DNA of 15,860 nucleotides from Octopus sinensis (Eukaryota), in NCBI RefSeq assembly GCF_006345805.1, contig NW_021825354.1, forward strand, positions 1 through 15,860. The letters are read 5' to 3'. The translations under genes were made by a program, and so were the position numbers. This document shows, piece by piece, positions 9,206-15,860 of this stretch (position 1 is the first letter of the stretch; each line of letters begins with the position of its first letter). The notes below the pieces were generated by a model, which saw only the letters and a program-made list of their open reading frames with translations, searched no databases and was not told where the DNA came from.

Positions 9206-9440
9206 TATTTACACACACACACACTCACTCACACACACACATACACACACACACTCAAACACACACGCACGCACACACACACTTACACACACAGGCACGC
9301 ACACGCACACACATATACACACACACTTACACACACACTCACACACACACACGCACACACACACGCATACACACACACACACAAACATGCACACATTATA
9401 TATATACACACATACATACATACGTACACACACACCACAC

Positions 9441-9495
<55 letters not shown>

Positions 9496-9496
9496 T
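9206..9496. repeat. (CA)n-rich to (TA)n compound microsatellite
   Basis: Seen directly. Confidence 0.9.
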
Positions 9497-9605
9497 AATG
9501 AGATAGGGGTTGAAAATTTAACCCACCATGGGATAACATATATCCAATATACTGCTAGAGAGGTACCCAACAAGACTATAATACATAAATGTTAAAAATT
9601 ACGGT

Positions 9606-9682
9606 AATAAAGTATTGATTGGGTATTATCTGATGGTTGATGATTGATTGATTTAAGTATGTTTCTCCATTTTCTCATTTTG
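9606..9682 (-). repeat. Dispersed unclassified repeat, copy 2 (may extend to about 9497)
   Basis: Reverse complement CAAAATGAGAAAATGGAGAAACATACTTAAATCAATCAATCATCAACCATCAGATAATACCCAATCAATACTTTATT aligns to 885-951. Confidence 0.75.
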
Positions 9683-9691
9683 TATATATAT

Positions 9692-9723
<32 letters not shown>

Positions 9724-10212
9724 CATATGTATATACATATATATACAATATACATGTAAATACGTATATATACGTCCATAGGTAGGTGCTTGTTCATCCA
9801 CAACCCTCACGCACAAACATAAACACATTTAAACAGATCCACATACACGAATGCTCATGCAGATATAAACACATACGTTACACGAGCATAAACATCTCAC
9901 ACACAAATCTATCGTCTGCTGTGTCCTATATTCGCCGGCTGACATCAAAGATAGTATCAAGCGGTGAGCAGCGAGGGAATCACTTTTATATACTGGGGAT
10001 TAATTGTGTCTAGCCCTTGGTAGATCTTATAAGGGTTCTGTATCATACCTTGCAGCGAGTGCTATTTTTTTTTGTATGTGGGCACAATGGGTTTAGTAGT
10101 AGAACTGTTGTAGATGAGTAATGAAATGTGGAAATATGAAACAATTGGAAGATAATATATAAAGGGAAAAACGGGACAACGCTTGCTGTCATGGCTGATG
10201 TGGTTGGTCTAG

Positions 10213-10308
10213 GTATGTATGTATGTATGTATGTATGTATGTATGTATGTATGTATGTATGTATGTATGCATGTATGTATGTATGTAGGTATGTATCTGT
10301 CTGTCTTC

Positions 10309-10352
<44 letters not shown>

Positions 10353-10360
10353 ATACACAC

Positions 10361-10391
<31 letters not shown>

Positions 10392-10555
10392 GATACATAT
10401 ATATATACATATATATATGATACATATGTACATATAATTCTACACACATACATGTATACACATATATACATATATATACACGCATACATATATACACATA
10501 TATGCATGCGTATATAAATATGTATATCTCATATTTATATAAATTTAGATACTTA

Positions 10556-10589
<34 letters not shown>

Positions 10590-10646
10590 CATATGCATAC
10601 ATATGAACTTATACGTGTGTGTGTGTATGTGTGTGTGTGTGTGTGT
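10213..10646. repeat. Compound microsatellite (GTAT)n-(CTAT)n-(TA/CA)n-(GT)n
   Basis: Seen directly. Confidence 0.9.
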
Positions 10647-10952
10647 GTGGATGCACATGGCCTAGCGGTTTGAGCAGCGGACTCACAGTCGAGGGATCGC
10701 GGGTTCGAATCTCGGACTGGGCGATGTGCGTGTTTATGAGCGAAACACCTAAGCTCCACGCTGCTCCGGCGGAAGTTAATGGCGAACTTCTGTTGACTCT
10801 TTCGCCACAACTTTCTCTCACTCTTTCCTCCTGCATCTAGCAGCTTACCTGTAACTGACTGGCGTCCCGTTCATGTAGGGAACGTATATGCCAATGAAAC
10901 CGGGAAACCGGCGCTCATGAGCCAGGCATGGCTCGATAAAGAACAAACAACT
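10647..10952 (+). mobile_element. tRNA-derived SINE with family D head/body and family B tail
   Basis: 10647 to about 10853 aligns with the minus strand of 7561-7944 (GCAGCGGACTC..AACACCTAAGCTCCACG..CCACAACTTTCTCTC..TACCTGTA). The rest (GACTGGCGTCCCG..GGGAAC..GAAACCGGGAAACCGG..ATGAGCC) aligns with 679-750. Confidence 0.85.
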
Positions 10953-10955
10953 TAT

Positions 10956-10990
<35 letters not shown>

Positions 10991-11115
10991 CATTCACACA
11001 CACAACACACACACACACTCACCACACAACACACACACACAACACACACACACACACACACACACATACATATATATATATAATAATATATATATATATA
11101 TAATATTATATATAT

Positions 11116-11374
11116 ACAATTGCAGCGTGGAAGGTGTTTGTAAGCCATTTAAGGAACACACAAAAGCCGTTCGATTCACTTCAACATTTAAGTTAATTTG
11201 TCAAAATATTTTCGTCGCTAAAATCCGCGACCTTCACTGATTTTTGTCAGTGAACAGGTCGCGGATTTTAGCGACGAAAATATTTTGACAAATTAAACTT
11301 AAATGTTGAAGTGAATCGGACGTCTTTTGTGTGTTTCTTAAATGCCTTACAAACACCTTCCACACTGCAATTGT
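11116..11374. mobile_element. Near-perfect palindromic foldback element, about 125-bp arms, 6-nt spacer
   Basis: 11116-11240 is the reverse complement of 11247-11374 with 5 substitutions and 2 small indels by manual alignment. Spacer is TTTTTG. Confidence 0.93.
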
Positions 11375-12013
11375 TTTCGTTTCAGCACACGATCTCAGAT
11401 CAAATCAAATCACTTGCTATGCGAGTACATCTCCGTAATATATATATATATATATATACATATATATATACATATATCTATATATACATATATATACATA
11501 TATCAACATATAACACACATACATACAACTGTATAAAAATATGTATGTATATATGAATATCTCTCTCTCTCTTTCTCCCTCTCTCTCTCTCACTCTCCCC
11601 CTCTCTCTCTCTCTATATATATATATATTCACGCATATACGCACAGATACACACGCACATTTATAAGCGCGTACACACACAAATGCCATAGAAACACCTG
11701 AGTGAATAATTGAAGATAAGGAGTGACATGTATTTCTTCTAAAAGAATAAATCAAGGTGTAGACAGGTCAGAACGTAGCCGGCCAGCCATTTTGAATGTG
11801 GTCAGCGGAGGCAAACGGTGTTCAAAAAGGCATAACTTTGATGATGTCCAGAAAATCTTATCTACGCTCTAACAAAGAAAAACCGTTTTTAATACACTTC
11901 CTGTATGTAGCAAATTGTTTTGGGCTACCGCATAAACCTAATTTTTAATCCATTAATTAATATGTAGTAACAATATGCGTACACATGCGCATACATATAT
12001 TTTGTGTGTCTGT

Positions 12014-12237
12014 CTATAAAACCTCGGTAAAGTCCTCTTCGTTGACCGTTCGGTCGGAGGGAAACCAGGGAGCGTAGATGATGACCTTGGTGTTGAAAAA
12101 AGGGATCATCACCAACGAAAAACAAACGCTGGGCTCAAACAAATTAAACCATTAGCAGTCTGAAACATTTTACAGGTTTCTGCAATGCTTTTGTCCACTT
12201 TAACGAAAGAGTTTACATAGTCTTTATGTCCCGATTG
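12014..12237 (-). pseudogene. Possible relic of a LINE (RTE-like) AP endonuclease domain
   Basis: Two frames give QSGHKDYVNSFVKVDKSIAETCKMFQTANGLICLS, then IPFFNTKVIIYAPWFPSDRTVNEEDFTEVL. This resembles the recalled RTE pattern SG..GVxFxVxKxI..RLIxxR..PFNITVIQVYAP..E..FYExL. Confidence 0.3.
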
Positions 12238-12445
12238 CGTCCTGCAAACTAATCTGCTATGACAAGCAGGATTTCGTATGGTTTTCTCTTTATTATAGGC
12301 ACAAGGCCTGAATATAGAGGGGACATACAACTGACATGCGGGGACATAAAGACGAATGGAAAATGATAATGAAAAGAACATAATTATGATGCAAATGAGA
12401 CGGCCATCTCGCCCCCGCTGCGAGACGAACCGTGAATGCCTTTAT

Positions 12446-12567
12446 AATTAAACTTTACAATTAACTTTACAATTAAACTTTACAATTAACTTTACGATTA
12501 AACTTTACAATTAACTTTACGATTAAACTTTACAAATACACTTTACAATTAAACTTTACAATAACTT
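12446..12567 (+). repeat. Minisatellite of alternating 13/12-bp units (AATTAAACTTTAC / AATTAACTTTAC)
   Basis: Nine full units plus a partial unit, counted directly. Confidence 0.95.
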
Positions 12568-12589
12568 AGATTTCGTATGGTGTGTTCAA

Positions 12590-12741
12590 CGTGGTTTCAC
12601 AGCCGTCTCCTTCGATCCACTCACATGCCTATGGATAGCCCTGTGTCTATAGTAGAAGATACTCACCCTAGGTACCACACAGTAGTACTGGACTCGGAAC
12701 CATGTGGTTGGGCTGCAAACTCCTTTCCACACAGCCAGGTC
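12590..12741 (-). mobile_element. Degraded family A SINE 5' half
   Basis: ATCCACTCACATGCCT..CTATAGTAGAAGATACTCACCCTAGGTACCAC..CTGGACTCGGAACCATGTGGTTGG..TTCCACACAGCCA is the reverse complement of the head and CORE-like part. Confidence 0.75.
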
Positions 12742-12759
12742 TATAACATATTCATACAT

Positions 12760-12819
12760 ATATCCATATATATATATATACATACATATATACATAATAT
12801 ATATATTTGAGTATGCGCT

Positions 12820-12864
<45 letters not shown>

Positions 12865-12993
12865 GTAGTTTATATACGCGCGCACACACAGAGTCCATTG
12901 CTACCGTTCTCACAGTAATCCATCTTCATTGCAGATGTCCAATGAAGCGTTAATATCATGATGAAAGCATATTTTATATATATATATGTATAT

Positions 12994-13030
<37 letters not shown>

Positions 13031-13044
13031 TATTATGCATATAA

Positions 13045-13088
<44 letters not shown>

Positions 13089-13146
13089 TATAAATATAAT
13101 ATATATATATATATATGTATATACAAATATAATATATATCTATATA

Positions 13147-13184
<38 letters not shown>

Positions 13185-13193
13185 CAAATATAA

Positions 13194-13237
<44 letters not shown>

Positions 13238-13308
13238 GATATATATATATTATATATATATACACATATGTACACACACACATATTTATACACGCACACA
13301 CACACACC
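12760..13308. repeat. TA-rich low-complexity region with a short unique spacer (about 12890-12970)
   Basis: Seen directly. Confidence 0.85.
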
Positions 13309-13868
13309 GACAAGGAAGCATTTAGTTTGAAACCTAGTTTCTGCTCCAAATCAACTGAACTCCGTCTGAGCCGTGTCGAGTGCATGACAATTTGTTGTTG
13401 CCGTTTTTGAAAATACTTATATATTCAAAATGCTTTTCCCATTGAAATCCTTCTTACACCGATTAAACTTTGCGATAAACTTTAAATGTAAAAAAGTTAT
13501 CACGTCTCGCTCGGACTTTACAGTACAGGTGACATGTCATCCATCATTTGCGTGTGTGTGTGCATGTGTGTGCGTGTGTGGTGTGTGCGTGTGTGTGTAG
13601 GTGTGCGTATGTGTGTGTGTGTGTATGCACGTGTTTCTAACTCTTCCTTATTGGCTTTTTTCTTTTCCATTTTTTGTTTTTTGCATTGGGGTGGTGGTGG
13701 TGTGGTGGTGTGGTGGTGGTGGGGACTCTTTGCAATTCCGAGGAGCAATGAGACGTGGAAACGGGAATCACTGCGTGGAGGGACGAAGAATAATGAATAG
13801 GAAAAAAAGAAAAGGAGAAAAAGCACTTTTGAAAAAAAAGTAACAATGTAAAGCAAAAATTATATATA

Positions 13869-13904
<36 letters not shown>

Positions 13905-13990
13905 TCACATACACACGTATGCACTCATAGGCACACACAATATACAAACACACACACATTCATGCATGCATATATACATATAAATATGTG

Positions 13991-14025
<35 letters not shown>

Positions 14026-14206
14026 ACATATGTACATACATAAACACATATACACGCACACATATGTATGAGATAAAAGAAAAAGTAAGTCAGATTTTGA
14101 GATAAAATACCGACAGGAATATATCAAATATGTCAGGGTTTGAATAATCACTGTGTTACGTTATTTATCCAATTTATTTTTTATTTTGATATCTTGTAAT
14201 TAAAAA

Positions 14207-14420
14207 GCGACTTGCCGGCAGAATCGTTAGGATGCCGGACAAAAAAGCCTTAGCGGTATTTCGTCCGTCTTTACGTTCGAATTCTGCCAAAGTTGACTTT
14301 GCTCTTTTTTCCTTTCGAGGTTGATAAAATACGTACCAGTTGAACATTTGCGGGTCGATGTAATCGAGTAAACTCCTTCCACGAAATTGCTGGCATGTGC
14401 CAAAGATTGAAACCAATTAT
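14207..14420 (+). mobile_element. Family C SINE, diverged
   Basis: CCGGCAGAATCGTTAG..CTTAGCGGTATTTCGTCCGTC..GTTGACTTTGC..CCTTTCGAGGTTGATAAAATACGTACCAGTTGA..GGGTCGATGTAATCGA aligns with 2305-2475. Confidence 0.8.
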
Positions 14421-14433
14421 TGGTGATTATGCA

Positions 14434-14436
<3 letters not shown>

Positions 14437-14500
<64 letters not shown>
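14437..14500. repeat. (GA)n microsatellite
   Basis: Seen directly. Confidence 0.95.
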
Positions 14501-14593
14501 CAATGTAAATGGTAGGAAATTTCTAAGAAATAGGTAAGTGCAGCTCCGTTGCAAACCCCGATTGAAGTCATATATTTGAGTCTCAAATAAATA

Positions 14594-15050
14594 GGCACAG
14601 GCTTGGCCGTGTGGTAGGAAGTTTGCTTCTCAACCCAATGGTTCCGGGTTCAGTCGCACTGCTTGGCACCTTGGGCTAACATTTTCGAATATATTTCGAA
14701 ACTGAAACAAGCTAATATATGTGTTCTGTGTGTCTTCACCACAGGTTGACAGCTGGTGTTTGTGTGTTTGCGTCCCCCTGAATTAGTGTTTCGTCAAAAG
14801 GGAACGATAGAATTCGTACCAGGTTTTAAATATCTAATACTGGGGTCTAATTACTGGAAAAAGATGAAAGACATATATGTGTGTCTTTTGCTTCCCCTGA
14901 CACCACTGAACAATCTGTGTTAGTTTATTTACATCTTCGTAACATAGCGGTTTGGCAAAAGAGTTGATTTTTTTCAGCTAACTCTTCAAGGTGGTGCTGT
15001 AGCATGATCGTTGTCCAATGACTAAGATAAAATAGAGATAAAAGATAAAA
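14594..15050 (+). mobile_element. Degraded family A SINE sequence: one head and two successive 3'-half remnants
   Basis: GGCACAGGCTTGGCCGTGTGGTAGGAAG..GGTTCAGTCGCACTGCTTGGCACCTTGGGC. Body-like segments at about 14720-14855 and 14880-15050, ending AATGACTAAGATAAAATAGAGATAAAAGATAAAA. Confidence 0.7.
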
Positions 15051-15069
15051 TATCTAAATTTATCTATTA

Positions 15070-15860
15070 CTAGCAGAGATACCCGGCGTTGCTCGGCATT
15101 AAAATGGCATAGTTTGAATATATATTACAGTTATGTTGAAACAGGTGATACGGGAAAGTGCGACATTGACGACAAAACATTTGTGGAGAAAATGATGGGC
15201 TAACTCTACTAAGCGACATGACATAGCTCTGTTTGGAGTATTCCAAGCCCTAACCTTTCGTGGAAATTGGAGGTGGGGTGTATGTGACTTTTGAACGCAC
15301 CGAACAGCTGTCAGTGGATATGCTCTCCTTTGCGGCAGTTGGCGCAGCGTCCAACACGACCCATCGTCTGAAGTTTTAACACCTCCTTCGGATTTGTGGG
15401 ACTACATCATTCACGACGTAAATTTGGAAGTGTAGTCGTTCATTTGTGAGAAGCAATGAGGTGATAGACTTGCCCTTGAATTTTGAACGTTGGCGTAAAT
15501 CCATGTTCATCTATCTCCTTAGATGCACCAAACAATGTCATTTGAAATGCAGGAGTGTATTGTCTGATATTGCTCAGAAAGTCTTTTGACTTGATGGAAG
15601 TGCTTTCCGGAAGATCTATCAGGGATTGAGAAGGAGCTAGTAATACTGGCAATCTTACCTTACCACCATTAGTTACATTTGGAAATTTTGGGAAAGTCTC
15701 ATCTCTCTTCTGCATTGAGACTCCATCTAACATACTGTGGCATGTGTTTGGTGATCTTGGGAAAGTCTCATCTCGCTTCTGTATTGAGACTCCATCTGAC
15801 GTGCTGCAGTATACCTTTGCTGATCCAGAGAAAGTCGCATCTCCTTTCTCTCTCGAGACT
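15070..15860 (-). mobile_element. Internally deleted Helitron; 3' terminus at 15070, 5' part beyond the window
   Basis: Minus strand ends GCCGAGCAACGCCGGGTATCTCTGCTAG|T (bulged GC hairpin, 9 nt, CTAG, then T). RepHel-like peptides lie on the same strand upstream. Confidence 0.88.
15376..15860 (-). pseudogene. Helitron RepHel N-terminal fragment (STPR-like repeats plus Rep-upstream conserved region), frameshifted
   Basis: NGGKVRLP..SKDFLSNIRQYTPAFQMTLFGA..GFTPTFKIQGQVYHLIAS, then frameshifted NERLHFQIYVVND. Matches the recalled Helitron consensus GKV.LP..FL.NIR.YNS.FQMTSFGA..GF.PTFKIQGQ.YH..GSL.P..P.F.QIY. Confidence 0.88.

Noticed and set aside
10043-10105. Minus-strand mini-exon ending at donor AAG|GTATGA (10049)
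   Set aside because: About 57 nt with two of three frames closed and an unremarkable third. No partner exons were found.
11760-11875. Unique GC-richer stretch with weak inverted ends (GTGTAGAC / ATCTACGC) and a possible minus-strand acceptor
   Set aside because: The inverted match is too short and imperfect, and the translations show no recognisable motif.
12446-12567. CRISPR-like array
   Set aside because: Units are contiguous with no unique spacers, and the context is eukaryotic with no cas genes.
81-14151. Dozens of ORFs rich in YI, CV, HT, V or T runs
   Set aside because: They are translations of (TA)n, (TG)n, (CA)n, (CTA)n and (GTT)n microsatellites joined to SINE sequence, with no domain-like content.
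14531-14539. Consensus splice donor TAG|GTAAGT
   Set aside because: It is isolated, directly downstream of (GA)n, with no plausible acceptor or exon upstream.
15193-15231. Alternative frame QSYVMSLSRV as helicase motif VI
   Set aside because: The frame with QFP...NVALSRIT (15144-15269) fits better in motif and spacing, so this one is treated as coincidence.

Overview
AT-rich, repeat-saturated eukaryotic non-coding DNA (intergenic or intronic). It is probably from an octopus or other cephalopod; this is an inference from recalled tRNA-derived SINE families and the (TA)n/(CA)n density. No intact protein-coding gene is supported, and most listed ORFs are microsatellite translations. Main contents: (1) about 15 full or partial tRNA-headed SINEs from 3-4 modular families, two with clear target-site duplications. 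(2) A decayed Penelope-like retroelement RT (5921-7417, +) that lacks its catalytic core, ends with no C-terminal endonuclease and is split by a SINE. (3) An internally deleted Helitron (15070 to window end, -) that keeps 23-aa STPR-like repeats, Rep-upstream sequence, PIF1 helicase motif V/VI relics and a hairpin-CTAG 3' end. (4) Two long foldback elements. (5) A degenerate hammerhead-ribozyme-like motif. (6) A possible LINE AP-endonuclease relic, a 102-bp tandem duplication and a 13/12-bp higher-order minisatellite. I did not find a clearly new biological system. The best leads are the PLE/hammerhead/foldback cluster (5055-7417), the STPR-bearing Helitron and the SINE module swapping. Family assignments come from recalled motifs, not database searches.
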